From Cenococcum geophilum (taxonomy: Eukaryota): a stretch of 64,000 bases of DNA. Within the stretch, counting starts at the first letter, position 1, and each line of letters starts with the position of its first letter. The stretch is taken from assembly GCA_050273025.1 (NCBI GenBank), contig CP158635.1, positions 5,952,001 through 6,016,000 of the forward strand, given 5' to 3'. The position numbers and the translations under genes were made by a program. Shown piece by piece: positions 1 to 13,010 of this stretch. The notes under the pieces were generated by a model. The model saw only the letters and a program-made list of their open reading frames with translations. It was not told the origin of the DNA and did not search any database.

Positions 1-3000
1 CTATAACTCGCCGATAGTAGTTGTACCGTATAGAAGATTACCTATATAGTATAACTCCACCTAGATATAAATAGGCACCAGGAAGAACTCTGGGCCTATA
101 TTATACTACTTACTAACTACTCTATTATCCTTAGAATAAACTAGCTTAAATAATACAACCCCGCCATTAACTAGAAAAAGAGAGAAGTAACCTTTAACTT
201 TAAATACTATAGAGAGACCTGCCTAGGATATGGCCTAGCCGCCTCTATTTACTCCCTAGGATACTAACCTAAGGAACCCCTTATTACCCTACCTATAACC
301 AACTACTACTATATAAGTGCTACGGCCTTCTACCGCATAGTATATAGAAAAGGCTGGACTGTTACTATAGCCTCCTAATTACAACTATATAAGCTTAATA
401 AAGAATAGGACTACGTCCTCTATAGTAATAGGATAGATATAGTCGACCTTTTAGAAAATAATGCCCCCGCAAAACTCTACGGACTTTTACCTTTAGACTT
501 TAAGAAGTTTATAAAGCTTAAAAAAGGACTTACCAACGAGGAACTCCGCAAGCTCCTCCCTAAGAGGTACTATGACTTTATTAACGTATGCTTATAAAAG
601 AGCGTAGATATACTCCCCCTATATTAACCTAATAACTATGCCATTAATATTAAATAAGGAAAAACGCTACCCTATAAGAGACCCTACCTAATATTAAAAG
701 ACGAACTTCTAGTTGTTAAAAAGTATATTAACAAACACCTTAATAAAGGGTTTATTCGCCCTAGCATGTCCCTAGTAGCCGCCCCTATCCTCCTTACTAA
801 GAAGCTAAGAGGAGGTATTTAATTCTACGTTAATTATAGAGGACTTAACGCTATTATAATTAAGAACCAATACCCCGTACTACTTATATATAAGACTTTT
901 AAGCGGCTTAGCCAAGCCAAAATCTATACTAAGCTTAATATTATTGCCGCCTTTAACCGCCTCTAAATATAAGAAGGTAATAAATAGAAAACTATATTTG
1001 CATCGCGCTTTAGCTAATTCGAATATACCGTTATACCCTTTGGCGTATATAACGGCCTAGGCAGCTTCCAAAGCTATATTAATAACGCCTTATAGGACTA
1101 CCTTAATAACTTCTGCTCTGCGTACCTGGACAATATACTTATTTATAGTAATAACCCTTCTAAGTATACTGAGCACGTTTAAAAGGTCCTATAGCGCCTT
1201 AGGGACGCAGGACTTTATATTAATTTAAAGAAGTGCGAATTCTTAGTTATAGAAGTAAAATACCTTAAACTAATTGTTACTACTAAGGGTGTCCGTATAG
1301 ACCCTAAGAAGGTATATATAATTACTAAATAGTAAACCCCTAACTATATTAAAGACGTATAAGCTTTCCTTAGTTTTGCTAACTTCTATTAAAAATTTAT
1401 ATATAACTTCTTGGGTGTTATAGTACTACTTATAGTAATAATGCGAACGAAGGGCCTTTCCGCGAAAGGAAGAAAAATATATTTATATTTTATCTAGACG
1501 CTTAAATGCGAGAAGGCATTCTAAGACCTTAAAGATACTTTTACTAAAGCACCTATCCTAGCTTACTTTATACTAGGACGACAACTTTATTTTAAGACTA
1601 ACTCCTTAGACCATATTAACGTAGGCGTCCTTTTCTAGATAGGTGACGACGGTCTCCTCTACCTAGTCGCATTCTATTCGTCTAAGCTTATACTATAAAA
1701 ATATAACTATAAGATCTATAATAAGGAACTTCTTACGATTATATAAGCGTTTAAGGAATTCCGACCGGAACTTTCCTTAGTAAAACCTAACTAGCTAACT
1801 AAAGTCCTTACGGATTATTGCAACCTTAAGTACTTTATAACTATAAAATAGCTAAACTAACGCTAAGTACGCTAGAACGAGTTCCTCTCTGGTTTTAACT
1901 TTAAAATTATATATAGGCTAGGAGTATAAGGTACTAAGCCTAATAGCCTAATACGCCGCTTATAAGACCTTCCTTAGTCTAAAGATAACCCCTATAACTA
2001 GTTCTAATAATAGACGATTCTAAAAGCACGGAATTTGGCCCTAGGTATGCTACCTATAATAGAGCTAACTATACCTTAGCTCTACACTATAGAACTAAAA
2101 TTACCTCCTAAAATTAACGAGCTTATTACCACGGTATATAACACCTCTGTTGACCTATTATTATATTAACTTATTGCCACAAAGACTGCCAGCGCCCGTA
2201 TACTACCGACTAAACTCTAAAGCTTAGGCTAAATTAATATAGCAGCCTTAGAAGTAAAAGAGAATAGGCTCTATTATAGAGGCCGTCTATTCATCCCTAA
2301 CTTAGAAAATCTATAACGGTAACTAATCTAAATAGCCTACAACCTTTAATTAAGCGGCTACCTAGGTAGAGGAGGAACCTATAAGCTTCTTAGCCAATAC
2401 TACTTCTGGCCTAAAATAATAGACTTAGTTAAACGCTTTATAGGCGCCTACTATAGTTATAAGCGCGCTAAGGCCTTTAATATAAAGTACTAAGGACTAC
2501 TGCACCCTCTACTAGTACCTATATAACAATGGGCAGATATCGCCATAGATTTTGTTGTTGACCTACCACCCTATAAGCGACATGGCCGTACCTATAAGAA
2601 CATCCTTATAATAATATGCCGACTTATAAAAGAGCGCCACTACGTCCTAACTAAAGGTATAGCCGTTAGCAACGTTACTAACGCCTTTTTTTACAAAATC
2701 TACTAATTACATAGGTTACCTAACTTAATTACGTCCGACTAAGGCATATAATTCAGCTCTAATGTATAGAAACGAATCTACTAACGCCTTAGCATCTCCG
2801 TTAAGATATCTATATCCTTTTACTACAAAACTACTAGGCAACCAGAAAACGCTAATATTAGTATAAAAGCGTACCTATAATAGGTAGTTGCCTATAGTTA
2901 AGATAACTAGGTAGATTACCTCCTACTAGGTGAATTTACAGCAAATAATTACGTCTTAACTACTATAGGACTTACCCCGTTCTTCGCGAATAAGGGATAT

Positions 3001-4199
3001 TACCCCTAATCCGGCATAGAACCACCAGAACCTATTAATAAGAAACTACTATATAGAAAACGCCTTAAGATACTACTTGCTAACTAGCATATAGACTATA
3101 TAAAAAATCTACTCGACTACTATAAGGGAGAAATGGCCTGGGCTTAAGTAAAGTAGGCCTACTTTGCCGACTGTTATAGAACGCTACCACTAGAGATGCG
3201 TGTTAGCAACTGGGTATAGCTAGATATATGTAATATCTCTATGTAGAGGCCTATAAAGTCACTCGATTATAAGAACTTTAGCCCCTACTTAATTAAACGA
3301 GTTATTAATAGGGGAGCCGCATATAAGCTAGAGCTCCCGCCTACCCTAGCCACCCGTGGGATATGGCCTGTATTTTACCTATAGCTACTACACCTTTACT
3401 AGCCTAACCCCTTACTAGGGTAGACACAGCCCAAACCCCTACTAGTATTAATTTAAGATAAGAACGAAGACGAGAACTATAAGGAGTAGACCATTAAACG
3501 AATTATTAACTCTAAATACTTTAGTAAAGGCAGAGGACGACGGCTCTACTACAGAGCTATATATATAGGATTTGACATAAATTAGCTAAAATAGTAACTA
3601 TAGGAAGACTTTAAAAATGTAAAGGATCTAATTAGCAACTTTTACTACGCGAACCTATAGAAACTGGGCCTAAGCAGAGATTTTATACCTAATCCTCTAT
3701 AGGAGCCCTTATAGAGTTAAACCGTTATATATTACTATATAGGGGCAAATTGCCATTAGATTGCCGTTAGATTGCGGTAAAGTGCGATTATATAACCGGA
3801 ATATTGTTAAGATGTCCAGGAACTTTAACCGGCGGTTAAAGTTATCTAATTAGTTAGATTTTTAGATGCCAAGCCTTATTACATAATATTATTTTAAGCC
3901 TTTAGTAATACCCCCCTTTCTTCTTTTCTATACCCTAAGTGTCCCTTTTATATGTATATAGTAACCACAGCGTCGCCGGAGCTCCGCCTCTATAGGAGGG
4001 GGGGTAGTGTTACGGAACCCCACCGCAGGGGCCTCCATAGGAGAGCCCCGTGCTCTCGCGTATACCTCGCGTATAGCTTATGTCAGCTACGCGTAGGTAT
4101 ATCACCTCCTTACGCCCTTAACCCTTACGATCGATCGCGCAATGTCTTATAGACTCCTCGAATACATACGTCTTGTAGCCACTGCCCCGTCCTGTAACA
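1..4199 (+). mobile_element. RIP-inactivated Ty3/Gypsy chromovirus retrotransposon (3' part: pol to 3' LTR), element G1
   Basis: Degenerate pol in Gypsy order: RT (YLDN/DIL at ~1123), RNase H, integrase (~2350-2950), chromodomain-like segment (~3480-3690). Polypurine tract AGGAGGGGGGG at ~3994-4004 precedes the LTR. Many TAA/TAG stops typical of RIP. Confidence 0.93.
4008..4199 (+). repeat. 3' LTR of G1 (192 bp)
   Basis: Starts TGTTAC, ends GTAACA (terminal inverted repeat), immediately after the PPT. Confidence 0.9.
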
Positions 4200-6421
4200 C
4201 TAGGCTTAGGTGTTCTTATCTCGTCTTAAGAGTTTTAAATCTCACTCATCTCGTCTTAAGAGTCTTATGCCTGTGGGAAACTCTATCCTAAGCTTATTTA
4301 TATGTCTTTAAACTAAGCTACTGCTCTGCTCTATCGGTTTCTATTTATCGTAGGTCCTTAAGCTTACCTTATCTTATCTTAAGAATCTTAGTCATCTCTT
4401 ATCTCATTTTAAGAATCTTAAGCCTTTAGCCTTTTGCCTTTATTAAGTGCCAAAGTGGTTTACTGTCCTACTTCTCTTACGTCTCGTAAAGCGATAGACA
4501 TCGTGTCTAGTAGGGTTTTAATCCCTACTAATGTTCCCTATTCTATAGTAGAATCATCCTCTACTTTTAGTATAATATTTCCGAGGTCTATATGCTCTTA
4601 GTAAGCTGCTTTTATCGCCTTATTGTTATAGAATGTTTCGCCTACGTTAAATTCATCATTTTTAATATCCGATCTGCGAACTAGTTCATTAGTTCCTCTA
4701 TACTCTATAGATTTTGGCTCCTATAGCTAATAGCTTATACTATACTTAGCGTCTTTATAAATCCAGCATGCGTTATTATAATAAAACGCAAAACTTCTAA
4801 TTAAATATTCTTTTGTTCCTTGCAGTATATTATCGTCCCTCTATATATATATGCCTTCTGTTAGTTAGGTTCCCTTTATTATATAGTAACTCTAACTATC
4901 TTTATAATCCCTTGCGAAATAACCTTATTTCCCGCAATTTATATAAGCTCTATCTTTAAACTATTAACTTTATTATAGAGTCCGCCTAAACATCTTCTGC
5001 TATTAAGATCCCTAGTTTGGCCTCTACTCCTTAGTCCTATAATCACTAGATCCTTAACCTCTAGGTTTCTATAGTTTCCTACTCCATCTCTTATAGGCTT
5101 CTTTAATACCACTTAGGTCTATTAGCTTTGCGCCATACTATAGTTTTTAACTTAGCTTTAGTTAATACGTACTCTACGCCTTATACAACTATAAAACTCT
5201 ATCCTAACCTCTCTTGGTCTGCTCCCTTTAGTAAATCCTATTATCGATTTTTATTGCTTAATCTATTAGTTCCCTTAAGGTATCCGCATCTTCTATTAGA
5301 ATAATTACATCCTAGACTTTAGCCTTAAGTCCCTATTTATACTATACTATAAGCGCTTTATTATTCCACTTAACTTATATTGCTAGCGTTTAAAATTACG
5401 TTATATACTTAATTACTAAGGTTTATTGCGTAATGTCTTAAAGTTTTCTTTCTGCCGTGGTTGTCGCCTCTAGGTCTCTAAATATTTATATAAGTCGCTC
5501 TATAAATCCGTACCATCTTAAAAACATAAACTATACCTCTTAGTTTATAGTCGTTATTCCGTTTACTTATATCTCTATAAGGTAAGGCTTAAACTATTTA
5601 AGTGCTCTTCTTGTTAAGAATAATCCTACGTACGCTATTTAATCTATAGGTATTATTAGCTTTACTCCCTCTTACGCAACTTTAAAGTGCATCTACGTAA
5701 GGAATCCTTTAAGCTTTGATCTCTCTCCTAAGAATCTTTTAATTAATGGTAACTTAACCTTTGCTGCGCCTATCCCGTTAATCCTATTTTCGAGTACTAT
5801 ATTATTTTCTATTAACTAGTTAACTATCTCTTATAGTTGTCTAACCGTTATAGGTTACTATAAGTTAGTATCTGCTATACTAGTGTCATTACCTAATCTC
5901 GAAGTAGTTGCCGCCGTTAATGGTGTTATAGTGGCTGCTTTTAGTAGCATGTTGTTTGACTTTCTATATTTAATACTATAACTAGGTAGTGATTATATAA
6001 CGGAACCTTATAGCAGGAACTACAATAGGCTTATTAATGGGCTAGGTGTATAGGAAATATAAAGATAGTAGTTAATAACGTAATAATAACTAGTAGAGTA
6101 GTTGCCTAATAGATTAACTCCAATTATATTCTAAGAATCACTATAAGGAAGGAACTATCTAGGTAGGGACCAAGGGTCCTTAAATACACAACCGTACTCC
6201 TATAAAATCCTTCTTATACGTAATATACGTGTGCTCTATCTACTCTGTCGCGGATTATATAAATCCTATAGATTATGCAGATCACCTCACGTGACCTCGG
6301 TTACCATTCCTCGTTACATAGTTCTATTGGCTCCATTCTAGACCGTGCTTAAATTAACCAACTAGCTTCTTCCAACTCCTCTCCAAGTAGTCGTAACATT
6401 GTACTTAAAGCGTCCGTAACA
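4200..6421 (-). mobile_element. RIP-inactivated Gypsy element G2, 5' part (LTR + gag), interrupted by G1
   Basis: Minus-strand gag from ATG at 5950 with 'KVKLP..RF.GERSKLKGFLT(Q)M' and a CCHC knuckle (C)INCGK(Q)G(H)FARD(C) at ~4905-4948. The LTR ends ...CCGTAACA at 6421. Confidence 0.85.
5996..6421 (-). repeat. 5' LTR of G2 (~426 bp)
   Basis: Right end CGTAACA (TGTTACG on minus). Left end TATAACGG is taken as a RIP-altered TG.. terminus just upstream of the gag ATG, so the left boundary is approximate. Confidence 0.7.
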
Positions 6422-9400
6422 ACTAATATAATATTTTAACGTTCCCCTTATAAGCTTATAGGCTAGTATTTCTTTAATTTCCTATTTATTATTGCTATTA
6501 ACTTAAATTAGTAGGGGAGATTTATTCTTTTATTTAGGTAATAGGTTATTTATAGCTTTTTATAGTTTATTTAGAGAGAAAATAGGGTAAACTTTAATTA
6601 AATCTAGGAGCTTTACTTTATACACGTTACCTATCTTCTTAAGAACTTTATATGGTCCTACTATCTAATAGTCTAGCATATAGCTAGGTCGTTCCGTCTT
6701 CTAGTTCTTTATTATAACCTAGACTATATCTCCTACGGCAAAGTTAGGCTCTTACCTATACTTATTCGCCTACTATTATATTAATTTTTAGGCCTTTTCT
6801 AAATTTATATAGGCTACCGTCTAGGCTTCTTCTAAGCGCTTAGCGTACTACTAGGCTTCCTTATAAGATAGTTTTTTATATATAGTCTAGGGTCCTTCTA
6901 GTCTTTCCTAGTTAAAGCTTATATAGGGTAAGTAGCCCATTTCTAGCTAGATAGGGGTAAATCCTATATAGTTATAAGGTAGGGTTACTTAGGCGTAGTC
7001 TATTAGGGGTAGCAGTTTAGCCTAGTTATCTTAAAAGTAGTTAATAAAGGGCCGAAGTCTCTAGTTTAAGTATTAATTTATAATTTCCGTCTAACTATCT
7101 ATCTAGGGGTAGTATACTGTAGAAAGCTTTAGCTTAATACCTAAGATTTAGGTAAACTTATTCTAGAAAACTAAAATAAATTATAGCCTATAATTAAATA
7201 TAATAGTATCTAGTAGTCTATAAATTTGGTAGACGTAATAGATATATAATTAGGCCGCCTCTTTAGTATTAATATTTTTATAACAAGGGATTAAGAACGG
7301 GCGCTTACTAAAGCGGTTAACTAGGATTATAACTATATTATATCCGTTATAGTCTATAGGTAGTTTATAGAAGTCTATAAAGATATACTACTAGGGGCGT
7401 TCTAGTATTAGGAGTAGTTTTAATAGTCCTAGGGTTTTATCTTATAGAATTATAGATCTATAATAGTTGTTATAGTTCCGTATATAGTAGTTAATATTTA
7501 TAACTATTCTGGGCTAGTAGTAGCGGTCGCTAATAATCTTACGAGTCTTATTTTTTTAGGGTAGGCCGTAAAGACCTAGGTATAAGCTTTAGCAATAAGC
7601 TGGGTCTATAAGTTCTATTTCTTAGCTACTATTAGCCGTTCTTAGTGCTTAAGTAATCCGTTTTTAAGGGACTATAGGCTAGTAACGTTCTTTGCTTTTT
7701 TACGGTACTCCTATAGAGAGGGGGTTGTTTAGTTAGCCTATAGTAGTTTATTAATAAGGTTAAGTTTAAAGGAGTTAATAGAATATATCTTAGCGCCTAA
7801 AAAGTCTATACTTAGTTCTACCTATATCTAAGGGTTAAGGTATTTTAGTTATAATAGCGTCTAGGTCTATAATAAGATCTTTATAGCTATCTAGTTATTT
7901 AGGTTTTACTTATACCTTATAAGAGCGTCCGCATAGTTTATAGCGCCTAGTCTATATATAATTAAGAAGTTAAACTAAGATAGAATATCCACCTAGCGTA
8001 CCTACTAGGCTATAAGGGCCTTAGTTATTATAAAGTATTCTAGGGCCTTATAATCTAAAACTACCTTAATTAGCTTAGGGGTCCCCTCTAGCTATATACG
8101 CTAGTACTAAAAGCTAAAAATAATAGCTAGTATTTCTTTATTATGGATATAGTAGTTTAGCTTAGCATCTATTATAGTCTTTAAATAGTATATAATAGGG
8201 TACCACTCTCTATCTAGTTACTTCTAGGAAAAAATACCAGCTATTACGCCGTTTAAGGCATTAGTTTCTAGTATTAAGGGCTATTCTAGGTTAAAATAGG
8301 TAAGTAGGGGAGCCGATACTAGCCGTTTCTTAAGCTTATTAAAGGCCTGCCTATATATAGCGTTAAAGTAAAATAGCTAGTCTTTTCTAGTAAGACGGTT
8401 AAAAGGCTAGGTAATTCTACTATAGTTCTTAATAAAGCGTTAGTAGAAGTTATAAAAACCTAAAAATAATTATACCCCTTTTACGGTCTGTAAAGGTACC
8501 TACTAGTTAATTACAGCCGTCTTCTCTAGGTCAGTTTTAATTCTATTTATACTAATAATAAAACCTAGGTACTTTATACACTTAACACTAAACTCTAACT
8601 TCTTAATATCGACCTAGAGGCTAGCCTTGTAAAGCTGTTATAGGACTTTATAGACATACTCCTTATATTCTAGCTTATTCTTAAAGTAGATTATAATATT
8701 ATCTAAATAGGCTGTATAGAAGTTGTTAAGGTAGTTAAAAAGTACATTATTTATATACCGCTAGTACGTAGCTAGTCTATTAGTTAGTCTAAAAGGGAGT
8801 ACCTTATATTTATACGTTTTGTAATAGATCTAAAATATAATAAGATCTTTAGACCTAAGGTTTATCCTAATTTAGTAAAAAGTCTAGCGGATATTAAGCT
8901 TTATAAAAACCTTAACTTTACTTATTTAGGCCAAAGTCTTATTAAGTAGGGGCAGCGGATAGCGGTCCTTATAGGTTATATTATTTAGCTTATAGTAGTT
9001 AATATAGAAGCGGAGTCCTCTATTTAGCTTTTTAATAAAGAAAATAGGCGAGGTAAAAGGGGCTTAGCTAGGCTTAATAAAGCCCTTATTTAGGTTATTA
9101 ATAAAATACTACTTTATAGCCTATAACTTAATAATAGACTACTTATAGAGGGGGCTAAAGCTAAGGGTATTTTCCTTGCCCTGCTTAATCTTAATCTTAT
9201 AGTTATACGGTTAGTAAGGTAGAAGTATATTAGACACTACTTTAGAGAATACGTCCTTAAATTTCTAGTATTAATAGGGCAGCTTTTATTCTACTAGTTC
9301 CTTATCTATAAGCTTACTTTCTTATCTACTAAGCTTACTTCCCTTTTCCTTAATTATTTAATTAATTTTATATAAGCTCGTTATAAAGGTAACGGTATTA

Positions 9401-9659
9401 GGCTAAACTAAGTTCTAGTAGAATCCTACAGCACTAATGCAGCAGATATTAACTAGTGGGAGGTCCGCTAGTTTTCTTATAGCTATTTTCCGGACCGTAT
9501 TTTACAGTTTAGGGTTTATAATCTTTCTTAGCTCCTATTCTATTTTCTATAGATTATCCCTCTAATCTATTAGTTTAGTATAACATCTAATATCCCTTAC
9601 TATTCTTCGTGGCTATATAGGGCCTAAGCTCTCTATAGGGGGCTTTTTTAGGTTACTAC

Positions 9660-9915
9660 TGTGGTGGTGTAGATTGGACGTCGCCTACTGTCTTGGCATT
9701 TTCCTATATTTATAGAGCCTTCGGCTTCCTTCCTTCTTTCCTCTATTATATACATATATATCACGACCTTACCAGTTACCGGAAATACACTCTTTTCTTT
9801 CCTTCTTACTAACTGATTATAACCGACTGACCGACCGACCGACCGACCGACTGACTGACAGACTGACTGACAGCACTGTGACTTTCCTATCTTAGAGAGG
9901 TCGTACCCTCCCACA
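9660..9915. mobile_element. Solo LTR (256 bp) inserted in G3
   Basis: TGTGG...CCACA termini, 4-bp target duplication CTAC (9656-9659/9916-9919), absent at the matching position of the sister copy (~19990). Contains a (GACC/GACT)n tract. Confidence 0.85.
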
Positions 9916-11872
9916 CTACTAACTTCTTAGGTTTTTAATGCGGGTGGCGTAATATAAGTAGTCTGGGGGCGACGTAGTATACAGATCCGTTATAAATTAA
10001 GCTATATATCTTTCTTAAAGGCCTAGTCCCTACGCATAGCATCGGCCTAGTAAATAGTATTAATCTAGGGCTATATAAGGGTTTTTATTATAATACTAAT
10101 TTCTTTTATAAAAAAAGGGGTTAGGGGTAGGGTTTTAGGCTAGATAAGCCATTTACTCTATACGTTAAGCTATAAGCCTAAATAGGCTAGCTATTTTCGT
10201 CTTAAGATTATATTATAGCTACCTAGGTCCGTAATAAGGAAGGGGATATTATACTACCTTTATCCGTTAATACGGAGGTAAATTTATAAGATAGTTATAA
10301 TAAGTGGCCCTATTCGCCCGTTATACCCATAAATAGAAATTAGTTTAGGCAGTTCTTTAATAAATATATTTAGAAAGTTAGCCAGCTTTATAGTATACTA
10401 GGTGTCTATTAAGGCAAAGGCATTTACTCTAAAGTTAGCTAAAATAGAGGTTAAAACTTAGTATTTATTACGGAATAAAGTATAAGGAATAGTGTAGCTT
10501 CTTTTACTAACTAGCTAACCTAGATTAACATCTAATATATTAATCCCTTTTAACCCTAAAGAGGAGTCTTCCTCTAGGGTTTCTTTTTTTTCTAACTTTG
10601 TACTATTCTCTTAGATTAATAGAACCTTATCCGCTTTTACACCTATTAGGTAATCCTTTACACGGTAACCTTTTTAACTATAAGAGAAGTAAGCTCCTTA
10701 ATCACTAAGGGCCTATATATAGAGGTTACTATATATAGGCCGAGTATTCGCCGGACCTATAGCAGGACTAGCCGTATAGCTAGCTACTAAATTAGTAATA
10801 GGCTGTATAAGCGGTACTATAGGGGTTATTAATCGTGCTAGGGCATTACGGGCCGTTCTTATATTGCTTATAGTCTAATTTAAAGGGTTTTTAGCTTTAT
10901 ACCGTTTGGCGCATATTTTAATTTAGTAAAGGCCTTAGTTAATAGCTAAGCACTAGTCCATAAGTTCCTTTAGCGTCTATATAGTAGTAAAAACTAATAG
11001 TACGGCTCGCTGCAGGTCTAGGGTAAGCTTATTAAATAGGTTTAGCATTAAATCTTCCTAGGGAATTTAAGCCTAGCCGGCTAGGTGCAGAAAGCGGGTC
11101 TAAAAGGCTAAGAAGGTCTCTATTATTTTTATATTTAGGCTTTTATAATTAAGTTAGGCGTTCTATACTTTAAAGGGGTCCTTATAAATAGAAGACAGGT
11201 AGATAATTATCTCTTCTTTAGAGAGGAAGGGATCTATTAAGTCCTATATATACTAAGGACGTAGGTGCGTTTATATATTTCTACCGGTACGGCTAAAAAC
11301 ATAGGTCATTTTAGCCTAAGTAGTAGGGAAGTAGTCCGTATTAACTTTAAGCTTATTCTATAATTAAAGCTTCCAATTATTAAATATAGAGTTAATTCCG
11401 TCTATAAGCAATAGGGGGTCTATAACCTTTACAGACCGTAATAATATTAATACTATATATTAGGCTAGAGCCTTAAGGACTATAGTAAGTCTTTAAGTAT
11501 TTAATAACTCTTTATTAGGTATAGGGGGTTCTCTAGCTTTAAGTAGCTCTTAAAGTTATTTAATTTTGGCATTAGCTACTATAAGCTCTACCTAGGAGTT
11601 TAAGTTAGTTGTTATTTTATTATTAGAGGTATTTAAGGGTCCTATAACTGCTTTACCAGCTACTATATTTCTTAGCATTATAATACAGTTATTAGAGTAA
11701 CTTTTAGTAGGATTCTGCAGGGGTTCTGGTCTATACATATTTTATAAATCTTATTATTCTTTAAGTTCTAGTAATAATCTTTAGGTCTACTTCTGTATTC
11801 TATTCTTATTTATAGTCTATAAATATTTTTAAGTTCCTTCTTAGGAAGAAGAGGTAGTTAAGCTTTAGGTAA

Positions 11873-12149
11873 TATTAGCGACTTAGTTAATTAAGGCATA
11901 AGTACGGTAAGAGGGACGGGTAAGCCTATATAATTAGTAGTCTATAAATAAGGATCTAAAGCTAAAAAAAGGAAAGGAGACGGAGGGCGGCGCCGCTTAA
12001 TATTATATACGATCCTCTAGTTACGTAACGGCAACTGTCTAAAACTATATAAAACTATCTATAACTATTTATAACTATTTATAACTATCCGCCATAATCT
12101 ACTAATATCTATTAGCTATAATCTACTAGTTTCTACTAGTGCCGTAATA
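11873..12149 (-). repeat. 5' LTR of G3 (277 bp)
   Basis: Both ends match the reverse complement of the 225-bp LTR at 17822/26009. The middle differs and has an extra ATAACTATTT tandem. Confidence 0.8.
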
Positions 12150-12777
12150 CCTTACCTAATAGCCTAGACTTACCGCGTAGTATTTTATTTTCCTTTATAC
12201 TTTTAGCTGGGGGTATATATAGGGGACCTAGGTTAGGGCCCTAGGATAAAATATCTAGATTTAAATTTAGATTTGTTTTACTATTTCTTAAGGGTAAAAA
12301 TTATACTATAAGGATAAGGGCTATAGGCGTATATATATACTAGCGTCTATATATTGCTTAGCAGTATCTATCTTAGTAACGCACAATACTAAGACCTCCT
12401 ACAATATTCGCGAATATTGAACGCAGTCACTACGTGGCTAATTCGCTTTTAATATCGCTAAACTTATTAATATTTATTATATATTTATTATTTATTCGTT
12501 TAAGAATTATTTTATAACGCTATTACCGCCTATAACTAACTAGAATATTTATACGCGTGTATAATTCTAATAAGTAAACTTACCTAGACGACCTACTTTA
12601 ACTACACCATCGTCTATAACCGCTACACCCTCCTCTATTAGTCCTATAATGCTATCTAAAGCTAATATACGCGCCGCTGCCGTAAAAGAGCGTAAAATTA
12701 CTAAAGAGTAAAGGGAATAAGCCTAAGATAAAAGGGAGATTTAAAAATATAAGGAAGAGCGTAAAGCCCGCCTAGTA

Positions 12778-13010
12778 CGTCAGGAAAAAATTTAGCAGCA
12801 TTTTGCCAGCATTTTTAGCATTTCGCAGCATTTCGCAGTATTTAAAACAGACCATACGCATTAAGCAGCATCTAGGCAGCTCTATATATATATTATATAT
12901 ATATAGAGCTGCCTAGATGCTGCTTAATGCGTATGGTCTGTTTTAAATGCTGCGAAATGCTGCGAAATGCTAAAAATGCTGGCAAAATGCTGCTAAATTT
13001 TTTCCTGACG
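12778..13010. mobile_element. Foldback/hairpin MITE (233 bp) with TA target duplication
   Basis: Near-perfect inverted repeat CGTCAGGAAAAAATTTAGCAGC...GCTGCTAAATTTTTTCCTGACG centred on a (TA)n loop, flanked by TA (12776-7, 13011-2). Confidence 0.88.

Larger units (their letters stand above)
6422..12149 (-). mobile_element. RIP-inactivated Gypsy chromovirus G3 (same family as 17822-26233), truncated in the chromodomain by G2
   Basis: The reverse complement is colinear with 17822-25760 over LTR, gag, protease, RT, RNase H and integrase; differences are mostly transitions. Confidence 0.92.
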
